Shown piece by piece: positions 19,944 through 30,557 of a DNA stretch of 32,000 nucleotides. A model generated the notes under the pieces. That model was not told where the DNA came from, ran no database searches, and saw only the letters and a program-made list of their open reading frames with translations. This DNA comes from Zygophlyctis sp. KS116. Its lineage: Eukaryota; Fungi; Chytridiomycota. The DNA lies in contig BAAFSQ010000005.1 in the NCBI GenBank assembly GCA_054661495.1, forward strand, positions 60,001 to 92,000, read 5' to 3'. The number at the start of each line of letters is the position of its first letter. The first letter of the stretch is position 1. A program made the translations under genes and the position numbers.

Positions 19944-22724
19944 ATGAAAGTTACATTCAAGATAAACTCTGTTTTATCCAAGGAGCAGGTCAATTATCCA
20001 AAGAAAACTAGAAATCTATTATCTAGACTTGCTGTTGCAAAGGACGAAAGAAGGCCGACAGAGCTATCAAGGATTTACGCAGAGTTGGGAGACTTGTTTC
20101 TTGAAACGGAAGATTGGGCAAAGACTATTGAATTTTCTAGGGAAGAAATATCAAACGCTGAATTATTACCGTTGTCCGAAAAGGTTAATAGTCTGTTGAG
20201 GGCGAATTATCGGCTTGGAATCGCGTGTAGAGAGTTGGAAGAATATGATTTGGCAATCAGGTTTTTAGCAATTTTATTTAATCATTTCTAGATATCAAAA
20301 GGAGCAGTTTAAAATTGCTTCGAAAATGGATGATCTTCAGGAAAAGACTGATGCGCTTTTTCAATTGGGTGTTTCTTTTATTGCAAAAGGAGAATCAAAT
20401 CATGGGACTAGAGAAGATTTTCTAACTGCAATTGATAATCTTAAAAAGGCTGAAAGAAATTCAAAGCAGTTACTAGGTAATGGACTGTTATTCATTTTAG
20501 ATTTAAATCCTGTAGATAGGGAGGCTTATAGAGCTCAAATCTATATGAATATTGGGGTTGCGACAATGAATATGAAAGATCCAGATAATGCAATTCAGTT
20601 TATTGAATACGCCAAGAAAATATTTATTAGAGGAGGTGATAAAGTACAAGAAGCTCAATCATATGCGAATTTAGCAATTTGTTATGATCAAAAGAATGAT
20701 ACGCGGAAAGCTATAGAGGTGAATCTCTTTAGTAATAAAAATTTAGCTAAATAGATGTGAAAATGCCATTTATGAACAAATTGCAGACGTGCAAGGGATC
20801 AGTAATGCTTTGCGGGACTTGGGATTAAGATGTGAAAAGATTGGTCTATTTTTAGATGCAAGAACTGCTTACAAAAAAATTATTGGTATTAAATTGTCAG
20901 TTAATTGAAAGAGAATCATCAGCTCAATAATGAATTCAATAAAAAAGAAGAAATAGAATGGGCACAGGTTTTTCTCGAGGCTTTTTATAAATAGGGTGCA
21001 ATCAAACAATTAGATGAAAAGGAGCAAAAGGCTGCGCAAATCAAGGATCTCGATGATCAAATTGCAAAGGCACATAAAAGTGAAAATACTCGTGAAGAAT
21101 TTAGATTTAGGGGCCAAAGGGGAATTATTTATATGTAGTGACAACTTATTTCTCAATCACACAGGTTTATTAATCATCCAAAAAAGGCTCTATTTGATTT
21201 TGAATGGCAGCGCATGATTGCTGCAAAGTTACAAATGAATCAAGAGTCAACCATAAATGTCTTAAAATCTTTATCAAAAGCATATCACATGGATGGTCAA
21301 AATGATGAATCTCTAAAATGTTTTCGTGAATTACTTCGAGATATGGGAGTTTCAGACGTGGAGGAGAAATTAGAAATCATCTCTAAAATAGGACCTATAC
21401 TGCAGCTTACATCTCCCGTACTTAGTTTTAAATAATATTTAGCCATATTCCCAGTTAGAAAGACATTTTACTGAATACTTTAACTTGGCCGAACAACTAT
21501 CTAAATTGCCTCATCAACGCCAGGCATTACTAGGCCTTATTGAAGTCAATCAAAAGCATGGGTACAATGACAAATGTCGTATCCAAAAAGCACAGTTGGA
21601 GCGTATTGATGGTTTGCTGAAAAAATCAAATTTAGAAACCTTGTCTGTAACACAATATTTCTAATAGTAGGATGCTGGATCTATAGATTCGGATCTTTTT
21701 GCTGAAGATCTGCTCGATGCGGTAGAACCATCGAATGTATCTTTTTGATATTAACAAAAAGTCGTTTTTTATGAATAGTAAAGAAAACATTATCCTATCG
21801 GAAGCGTCATCTCCTCCCGTCAAAGCCAGGAAGAGAGCTGCGTTTAATTTTCTACAGTCCTCACAAGACTTAGAACCCCACGGGAAAAAGGTAAATATTT
21901 TCGTTGATATTAATCGTCAAGGAAAATATGATGAGTGCAAAAAATAAGTTGCTAAGGAAATCAGAGCTCAATCATTTACAGGTAGATTCGGATATTTCAG
22001 AGTTTTCAAATAAGCAGATTGGTTCTCCTGTACGATCAGAAGTGACATCTGAAAAGGAAAAAAGAAAGGCACATTTAGATTATATCAAAAACAAAAAAAG
22101 GTTGCGGAAAAGGTATTTCAAAAATGATTGATTTGTGATAGAAATTTAGTTATGTCATCAAGCCCTTCGATAACTGAATCAAACCCTCAAATTATCGTTT
22201 CGGATGATATATCTGAAAAGTAAACAATTGCGCTTTAACGTACTTAGTAGCCCATCAGCTTTAGATGACCGAAAAGCAACAGATTCTTCACAGGCATTCA
22301 AAACCGTATTTGAGGAAAATGATTTATTTTTTCCTTGTGTAAATAGCATAGCAAAAGATGATATAGACCCGTTAGGATCTGCCAGAGTTGGTCCTAAGGT
22401 GAGAATTTTTATATAATCAATAGCACAAAATAAGAGTAACCGTTAAGAATCCTCAGGATGAAGAGGAAACGTTTGCAATACCGTGTGCATCTGGACCTAC
22501 AGGAACTCCGAAGACTGTAAGATGGCTTATTGATGAGACATCTCGGAGATACAAAAACCTGTACAAAATTAAGGTATCATTAGGTGTACTTATTTCTGTA
22601 GCCTCCAATACTCAAACTAGTTGCAAGAGACGATCACACAAAAGAATCAGAAACTTTATTTGCTACCGATTTATTGGCTGATGTACTTGAACATACTCAG
22701 AAAATTTATGCAATTTTGAAATAG
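19944..22724 (+). CDS. Tonsoku-like (TONSL-related) protein: N-terminal TPRs, low-complexity linker, C-terminal ubiquitin-like domain
   Basis: TPRs (IYAELGDLF, ANYRLGIACRELEEYDLAIRYQ, IYMNIGVA, SYANLAICY). C-terminal KIRVTVK..TFAIPC..KTVRWLIDETSRRY..LFATDLLADVL resembles the TONSL UBL. About 14 short introns, e.g. 20261-20291, 20477-20500, 20719-20746, 20886-20911, 20968-20994, 21135-21164, 21418-21442, 21647-21670, 21737-21761, 21891-21921, 22113-22141, 22399-22423, 22574-22601. The start and one junction near 22220-22250 are unresolved. Confidence 0.7.
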
Positions 22725-22728
22725 GCCG

Positions 22729-25700
22729 TTAATTTAACCCTTCTGAACTCAGGATTCGGACAATTATTCGTCCAATACTTGTTTCTAGAACATTTCTTGA
22801 AGGATCTTCCATTTTGAGATCTAATTCAATATCTAGTAATCTTCGCAATGCATTAACCAAAGCTATAATTTAATAATATTTTAATCACCGCTTATTCTAG
22901 GAAATGCCTGTATTTTGATTGAACTATCCAGTGTTATGATATTGTGATTATGATCGGATTCTAGTTTGCCCCCAAAAAGTACAATTGGCCATGCAGATAT
23001 GCAAGTACTATCTCTGAGATATACTTTCGTAGTTTGTATCTTTGAAAAATAAGCCAGAAAAGAATCCGAAAACTTTCCACATTCAAAATTAAAAGAGCCA
23101 GGATGTAAAAACACACGCTCTGTAAAATCAAAGAATTTGAGCTCTGAAGGTTCGGCATCTACCATTAAAGCACCATTAGCAGTCTTCACATATTTTTGGG
23201 GCGGAGGTTTTATTTTTACGATATTAGGATACAGACCAGCTACGATGGCTCCTTTAACTATTCGAGCGTTATTAGAGTTTGTATTCAAAGGAGACGACAA
23301 GCTATAATCGTTCGAAATGTAGCCAATTTCCTTCAAAAGTTCAAGATACTGCTGACGATTGCCATCAACTTCTACTAAGGCTGCAAAGGAAAGATAATTC
23401 TTTGTTCAGATTAAAACTAGCTTACATCCTCGCAGAAAGAAACCCGATCTTTTCTTTTTGGTAGTCTTGCCCACTCATTATAAGCTTGACATGCTGCTAA
23501 AAGATCTGACTGCCCAGAAACAAAACGTTGTTGCCTCCTATTAGGTTATATAAAAAAGTGTCAATACAGTTTAGCTTCTTCCCGATTATCTCTCGGATTC
23601 AAGAAAACGGGCCGTCCACTCAGGCAAGCAGCTATACTTAAAACAGGCTCTAAACATCCCAAAACAGCACCGAATATGAGGAATTTTGATAATCGCACAT
23701 CCATCGGAAATACAGACTAGAATTTATTCATTCCAAATATTACCATGCTCCTTCCCAGTGCTGTAAGCTCTTCACTTATCTTGTCAATTGCATTAACCTG
23801 TTTTAAATAATTTAAAGCTGCTTCTATCTCATTCGTGTTCGGAGCATCAATACACTGAGCAAGAAATTTTCTTATTTCACCAAATCCAGAAGCTTTGATA
23901 GATAGGCATAATTGATGAAGGGGGGTTCGCAAGATTTCAGGTGTTTGCTGATTTTTCATAAACTTCTTTTCAAACTTTCGAGTAAACAGCTTAAAGCATA
24001 TTCCCTCTTGAACTCTGCCAGCTCTTCCTCGTCGTTGCTTACAATTGGCTTTCGAAGCCCATGTCTCTGTCAAGGAAAGAATATCATTTTTATACTGAAG
24101 CTCTGAACATAAAATATTCTAAAAGTTACCTTTCAGTTTTCCAGAGTCTATTACATAGATTACATCGTCTATAGTGATTGAGGTTTCGGCAATATTAGTT
24201 GCTACAACTACTTTTCTAGTTCCTGGAGGAGGCTCTTGAAATATTTTAGTCTGAGCAGCAGATGATAAGCTGGAATGCAATGGGAGCAGCAAGATTCGCT
24301 GGATATTCAGTTTTTCAATTTCTTTTATGCATTTCGATATTTCCGATTCACCTGTTTTTAGACATATAAGCTTACCAGTCAAGAAAATTAGTATTGCCCC
24401 CAAATCATCTTTATAAGAGCAAATATAATTAACTAATTTTGCAATCAATATATAGTTGGTTGACTCTAAGCCTTTGTCGGCCGCTTTCAGAAAATTTGAG
24501 ATGTGTAAATCGCCTTTATAGAATTCATCTTCATCGTCTTGTTCAATTTTGTTACGATTAGTCCGTGTTTTATAGTAGTCACTTTCTGAAAATCCTAAAT
24601 CATGCACATAGTCTTCCAAGTAAAGATCAGTCACAGGGTATGTGAAACCAGGAATATTTAATGTAGGGGCATTGAAATATGCTGAGAATTCATCAGAGTT
24701 AATGGTAGCGCTCATTAGAATTATCTTGATATCTGAGCGATTTTTTGCCAAATGCTTCAGCAAAATCATCAAAAAGTCGCCATCCAATGTACGCTCATGA
24801 ACTTCATCAAATATGATATGAGTGACTTCTGGAATAATCGGATTAAACTGAATCATTCGAAGTAAAATCCCAGTGGTAACAAATGTAAGCTTTGTTTCTG
24901 GAGAGCATTTCGATTCACCTCTGATTCTATAACCAATCAACTTTCCTAAGTCCTGACATTGCTCATCAGAAACTCTTTTGGCTAAAGATGTGGCTGATAT
25001 CCTTCGTGGCTGTGTGCAAATGATGTTACATGGAATATTAGATTCATAACATGATTCAAGAATAAATTGACCAGTTTGAGTAGATTTTCCACAGCCTGTT
25101 TCTCCACTAATTATAATTATTTGATTCTTTAAAACCAAATCCAAAATTTGTCGTTTAAAACTATAAGAAGGCAGTTTCATTCTTTTCGACAATGTTGATT
25201 TAAATCTATCAGATTTTTGAATAAGATTAATTTTTTCCCTGTCCCACGGCAATAATTTAAATGATTTTTGATTTTTATTTGTTTTCAATCTGATCTTGTT
25301 TGATGAGATTTGATCCACTGTCGCCACCGTTTCGTGCAGAGATACAAGGGAAGGGGGATCTTCAACAATTCGATCTCCATTTTCAAGTATCCATGATGCC
25401 AATGAAAACATCATTGGCAATCCCAAACCATGCGAAAATTCCTTGATTAATTCTTTATACATTGCTAATTTAATATACGCTGGGAGAGAGTCATTCTCCA
25501 ATGATAAACCGGGTATTTCAAAGGGATACTGTGAAACTAAGCTTATATAGAAATGTATAATTGTTTCTCCGTGCCACGGAAGAACAATTGATATGACATG
25601 TCCAGTTTCACTTTTAACATGCCTTATTGATTCAGGATATATCATTTCCAGTGCCTCTTTTTCTGCAGTTATTTCCTCTTCAAGATTTATCTGAGAACAT

Positions 25701-26617
25701 TCCATAAATGGCTGATTTCCCGTAATTCCTATATATGCCTGTTGAGTAATAAAAGTAAACGCATAAATTTCATCTTGACTCATCCCAATAGCTTTTTCAC
25801 ACAAATCATGACTTAATCCAGTCTTTATCAATCTTTTTAAAATCAAAGAATTCTTTAAAGAGTCAGAATCATGTGATTGGATTGTAATCTTATTGGATGT
25901 CGGAGGCAAATATTTTGGAGGAAGATCTAACATCAACTTGAACTAATTACCATCTTCAGGAACATGAATGCAAAGCCAATGAATTGCATCCTGTAAATTT
26001 CCTACATAATCTGCAGCCTCTTCAACATGTACTTTACGAAACCCAGCTCTTAAAAGAGATTTTTGACTTGTAGAATCTAATTTCAAGTCTTGCACCTTGT
26101 AAACTCCCGTGTCTCGTATCAATGCTTCAATCTCTGATCTTATTTCCTGATCTAGAAATATACTCGGAAGCTGTGCTTTGCCTCTCCCATTACTTTTGAC
26201 ACTATTGATACTATTATTACTATGACTGCTGATCAAAGATGTTGATGATTTTTCGGGAATCCTTGATTCTTTTGCACATGAAATTTCAGAGGAATTAGCA
26301 GCATGCGACTGTAATTCTTTCCAATAAGCAGAATGATCAGGCGGTAAAACATTTCGCAATGACAAATGTCCAGCAATCTGAAAAAGAGCAAAAGTAGCCG
26401 CAAAATGTCTAGCATCTTGAGCATCTGCAGTCTCAACGGCTAGTGAATGTGAATATTTCAAAGTTTTAGATCCCTGGACAATTGAAATCTCAGAATTCCA
26501 AGTTTTTTTCCTTGTTGTGATTATAGTATTCTTCCATCCATTCTTTGCACAATGTTCATTAAGAATAGTTAGCGGAGTCTTTCCAGTCCAAGATCCGAAT
26601 CTTCCTTCGCTGGCCAT
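22729..26617 (-). CDS. DEAH-box RNA helicase with UBA and RWD domains (DHX57/YLR419W/ucp12-like)
   Basis: GSWTGKTP, UBA-like WLCIHVPEDDLP, RWD (EKEALEMIY, YPFEIP), GETGCGKSTQ, CTQPRRISA, DEVHER, MSAT, TNIAETSITIDD, QRRGRAGRV, OB-fold VFLHPGS. Introns 25927-25950, 24352-24375, 24103-24129, 23717-23743, 23538-23567, 23400-23425, 22863-22888. Stop TAA 22729-22731. Confidence 0.9.
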
Positions 26618-26789
26618 GTCAAGTCTGGGTTAGTGATTGTGTTATGTCTATGCTCACCACTCAGTGCAAGAAACTACGCTTTTAAAATGATTATATTGGT
26701 GATTCTAGAAAATTAAATCAGGTCTTTGTAATTCTGAATGCCTGATACTATCAGCGACTGATGACAGTAGAGAAACACAAAGCGTTTTC

Positions 26790-28022
26790 CTACAAATTCA
26801 TTAAATCATCCATATCCATTCTTTCATCAAACACTCTACCCTCTAAAATTTCAGTCCTATTAACAGTCCTAGAGACATAATCTTCAGAAAGAGAAAGAGC
26901 CTTGTTCCATTCAGAAAATTTAGTCCCAATTTCTTCTAATTTCCCCAATACTTGTTTTAAGTCAATTGGAATTTTAGAGTTTGTAAAAGTGATTTCTCCC
27001 GATCTATCATCTATCAATATATTCTCTTTAGAAGATAAAAAGCGTTCCAACTCTACTCTTGACAATTTGTCTATAGAATCTTTAGAAATAGAAACCCAAG
27101 ACTCTTTTTCCAAATCATTAAAGTAAATTCTAGAATAAACTTTGACTTGTTTTTCCAATAAATGATCTAAAAAACTAGACAAAACCTGTTTAACTAGTCC
27201 TAAATTTCCTTGTCTTGCAAATAAATCATAATTCTTCTTGTATTCTTGTTGAATTCTACTAGGATCCAAAGTAGAAAAAGCATTTGCAAAATCTAAATAA
27301 GCCACTCCTTCATTCTTTATTGCTTTTACCAGAATTGAACTTGTATATAATGGAACGTGAGATTTATCAGATTTTAGAGAAAACTTGCCATCTAAAATCA
27401 ATGCAGTTAAAATCAACTTTTTAAAAGCCTGAAGTTGTATTTGAGAAGGTATTTGAGCAGGAACAATTAAAACTCTTTTCAAATATTCTAGCCCCAATTC
27501 CCTTTGACGTAAAGATAATAGTATAATTCCACCATAGTAATGATAAATCAAGAAATCTGCTACTCTAGTATCACAAGATATTTTAGAAATTGGGTTATAG
27601 AGTAATTCCAATGTACAGTACGGATTATTTGAGCAAATTGCAAAATCCAGATAAATTGAATGAAAACAAGATAATTCATGATCTTGTTTAGCGAGAGCAG
27701 CAGTAATTTTCCCTAAAGACTTTAAAGCCCAAGATCCATTCTTTCCTATTGAATCTACCAATCGTCTATTAAATTCTAATAAATCATTGACTAAAACTTG
27801 TCTAGTCTCTGCCGTCCAATTCCTAATATCCTCTGTAGAGAGTGAATTAATCCAAGAGTCCCATTCAGCCAACAAAGCTTTAGAGTCTGCTGATGATCTC
27901 AATAGTCTCATAAGTCCTAAGTGGAAACCATTGCCACAAATGTTTGCATTCCTACTCATTAAACAGCTAAATTGCATTCTATTCCAAAGAGTTTTTAGAA
28001 ATGTATCAGAGCTTTCGGACAT
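26790..28022 (-). CDS. CSN3: COP9 signalosome subunit 3 (PCI-domain protein)
   Basis: YHYYGGII, VLIVPAQIPSQIQLQAFKKLILTALILDGK, GNLGLVKQVLSS, VYSRIYF and a PCI-type tail. Intronless. Start is one of the ATGs at 28022, 27977, 27959 or 27911. Confidence 0.8.
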   Translation of the reverse strand: MSESSDTFLKTLWNRMQFSCLMSRNANICGNGFHLGLMRLLRSSADSKALLAEWDSWINSLSTEDIRNWTAETRQVLVNDLLEFNRRLVDSIGKNGSWALKSLGKITAALAKQDHELSCFHSIYLDFAICSNNPYCTLELLYNPISKISCDTRVADFLIYHYYGGIILLSLRQRELGLEYLKRVLIVPAQIPSQIQLQAFKKLILTALILDGKFSLKSDKSHVPLYTSSILVKAIKNEGVAYLDFANAFSTLDPSRIQQEYKKNYDLFARQGNLGLVKQVLSSFLDHLLEKQVKVYSRIYFNDLEKESWVSISKDSIDKLSRVELERFLSSKENILIDDRSGEITFTNSKIPIDLKQVLGKLEEIGTKFSEWNKALSLSEDYVSRTVNRTEILEGRVFDERMDMDDLMNL

Positions 28023-28272
28023 CAAAGATCTTTTAAAGAAGGGAAATATTGAGTTTTATAAGAATATATACTTGATCTATCTTGATATAAATTCAATAGA
28101 TTATATTATAGGAGTAGATGATCTTGCAGATATGGATCTTGCACACTCCTTTTTATCAAAGTTGAATCAAGAGTTGGAAGGGATTTGGAAGCCATTGAAT
28201 AGTACAGTGTTTTTGCTAGAAATTGATAGAATCGCTAGAGTTGTGGATGATGCAGTTTATTCTTATTTGTAA
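27940..28272 (+). CDS. Small longin-fold adaptor chain (sigma/zeta type; AP-5 sigma-like candidate), 110 aa
   Basis: MFAFLLIKQLNCILFQRVF...IYLIYLDINSIDYIIGVDDLADMDLAHSFLSKLNQEL...STVFLLEIDRIARVVDD follows the beta-beta-alpha-beta-beta-beta-alpha-alpha pattern of adaptor small chains. It is the 3' part of ORF 27787..28272. Confidence 0.55.
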   Translation: MFAFLLIKQLNCILFQRVFRNVSELSDIKDLLKKGNIEFYKNIYLIYLDINSIDYIIGVDDLADMDLAHSFLSKLNQELEGIWKPLNSTVFLLEIDRIARVVDDAVYSYL

Positions 28273-28514
28273 TATATACTATATTTATTCCTTGTTGCAA
28301 AACAAGTTTCATTCTACCTGAGTGTAAATTACTAGAAATTTACGATTGAAATAAAGAGTCTTTTCTTTTGTTACAGTGTATGATAGATGTCATTGTCTTA
28401 TTTTCTATCAGCATCATGATCAGAATGACGATCAGCAGGATTTGGTTCAGACAATAAACACAAACGATTCTCAACAGAGCGCAGAAACGCCAAACACGAG
28501 ACGCGAAACAGAAA

Positions 28515-29585
28515 ATGCAGTGCGCGTCTCAGTCGCTGATGGCTGCTTCAGTTCCAGCAGGCCTGGTTGCAAATGCATCAGCTTCAGTTGCTGCTGTTCC
28601 TGGGCTAATATCAGTAATTAGTATTCTTAGTATTCTTTCCATATCATCTTCACTAGTCTTGATTTATAAGCATTTGAATTATTATTGTAATCCAGGATTA
28701 CAACGGCATGTTACCAGATTATTATTCATGATTCCAATTTATTCTTTATCGAGTCTTGTGTCGGTTATATTACCTGATTATTATGTAATCATCTCAGCGA
28801 TCAGAGATACTTATGAAGGATTTGTGATTTATTCATTCTTTTATCTAATATCTCAATATGTTTCCAATGTACAAGAAGATCTAGTAGAAATATTGTCCAA
28901 AAAATCTAGGAATATTTTTCCTCCACCGCTATGTTGTTTTAGGAATGATCCTTCTTCTCCCAATTTTTATTCTTGGACTCGTCTGGGAATATTACAGTAT
29001 GTCTTGATTAGAATTTCTACAACTATTGTTGCTCTTATACTAGAAAGTATTGGTATTTACTGTTCTGAATCAATGGATCCTAAATTTGGACATTTTTGGA
29101 TACTCATTTTAAATGGATTAGGAATGTCTATAGCAATGTTTACTCTGGTTAATTTTTATATAGTCATAAGATCAGAAATTGGAGCTTATAGACCAGTTTT
29201 ACAGTTTTTCTCTGTTAAATTTGTTATATTTTTTGGATTTTGGCAAGGATTTATGATCAAAATGTTGGCAAGCTCTACAGACTATTTTCCAGGAATTCCA
29301 AGACATTATACAACTATATATTTTCAAAATTTACTTACGTCGTTTGAAATGTTTTTAGCTGCTATTATCCATTGGATAGCTTTTGATGTTTCTATTTTTA
29401 AGCAAGGTAGAGAACCAACTCTAAATTTTGCATCAGCATCTTGGGACTCATTTTATTGGCTAGATCTTTATCATGATATTATATTCCTGTTTAAATTTAT
29501 TAGGGATGCATTTGATTTTTCTCCAATCAGATTAAATACTGTTCTTAGTGATGATTGGCAAGATGCTCCATTAATTGAGCAATGA
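28515..29585 (+). CDS. TMEM184/OST-alpha family 7-TM protein (Solute_trans_a)
   Basis: HLNYY.NP.LQRHVTRLLFMIPIYS, IRDTYEGFVIYSFFYL, GILQYV, FFSVKFVIFFGFWQG, QNLLTSFEMFLAAIIHWIAF. Confidence 0.9.
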   Translation: MQCASQSLMAASVPAGLVANASASVAAVPGLISVISILSILSISSSLVLIYKHLNYYCNPGLQRHVTRLLFMIPIYSLSSLVSVILPDYYVIISAIRDTYEGFVIYSFFYLISQYVSNVQEDLVEILSKKSRNIFPPPLCCFRNDPSSPNFYSWTRLGILQYVLIRISTTIVALILESIGIYCSESMDPKFGHFWILILNGLGMSIAMFTLVNFYIVIRSEIGAYRPVLQFFSVKFVIFFGFWQGFMIKMLASSTDYFPGIPRHYTTIYFQNLLTSFEMFLAAIIHWIAFDVSIFKQGREPTLNFASASWDSFYWLDLYHDIIFLFKFIRDAFDFSPIRLNTVLSDDWQDAPLIEQ

Positions 29586-30215
29586 ATCTTGAATTCTTTC
29601 ACAAATTAAATTCACTGCATCTTGGACCATTTTTTCAATTCCTCCAGAATCTGATGATAGACTTATAATTCCTGGTATATTTCCTTGAAAGAAATTCTTA
29701 TTATATTTTACATACTGTGGCCATACAAAATCATCAAAATAATTTTCTGGATCAGCCCAATATCCTTCTGTTGTGACATATCCTGATCTCTGCTGTCTTC
29801 TAAACTTTAACTTTTCCTTTGATGCAGTCAAGAAAATACAAATATCAAAATTACTATAAATCTGTGGATCATTATAGAGCATAAAACCATCAACAATCAG
29901 TACTCTAGTCTTTGATAAAACCTTTAATTTTTCCTTTAATTCTATTAGAGAATCCAACTTAATATCTGGAGTCTTTGATTCCTGTAAATGAATCTCTTGA
30001 TGTTTTTTAAATTCCTGAATTACAGTCTTGAATTCGGACATTTTTAGAGCGTCTGGACAGTCCCAATTTGCAGTATTATTCTCTACTGGAATTTCAGAAT
30101 CAGATTTAAAAAAAGAATCTTGTCTGAGTATTTGAGAGTTTTGCAATAAATAATGAAGCCAAGAGCAGAGAGTAGATTTCCCAGAGCAGGAAGCACCTCC
30201 GACTCCAATAATCAT
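29571..30215 (-). CDS. NRK1: Nicotinamide riboside kinase
   Basis: IIGVGGASCSGKST P-loop, QDSFFK, NWDCPDAL, IVDGFMLY, RQQRSGYVTTEGYWADPENYFDDFVWPQY. First ATG at 30215. Confidence 0.85.
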   Translation of the reverse strand: MIIGVGGASCSGKSTLCSWLHYLLQNSQILRQDSFFKSDSEIPVENNTANWDCPDALKMSEFKTVIQEFKKHQEIHLQESKTPDIKLDSLIELKEKLKVLSKTRVLIVDGFMLYNDPQIYSNFDICIFLTASKEKLKFRRQQRSGYVTTEGYWADPENYFDDFVWPQYVKYNKNFFQGNIPGIISLSSDSGGIEKMVQDAVNLICERIQDSLLN

Positions 30216-30557
30216 AAACAATCGACCTCTCCTACGCCCAAACAAATCCAAAACTCAAATAGTCAAAAACTCAAATTTTCAAGCCTTGCGTTATAAGAGA
30301 TTAGAGATTGCACGTTCCACTGACGCCGCATACACTCGTGCGATAAAACACTGATAAAAACAAGAAAAATTTGTTGGTCAAGCCAAAAGAACGTGCAGAT
30401 CAAGCATGAAAAATTTGTTGATCATCCTGCAAAATTTGAGAATCTAGACTGGTCTATTCCAGCCAAACCGGGCTTTTTCAAGAAAATTTACAATAATGGC
30501 TGGCCCAAATCCAAGTTCCAATCGCAAATACTGGATTAGGTTAATCTGGAATCCGTT

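Noticed and set aside
28376-28621. 81-aa + ORF upstream of and overlapping TMEM184
   Set aside because: GTG start, low complexity and no homology cue. It may be 5' UTR or an unresolved upstream exon.
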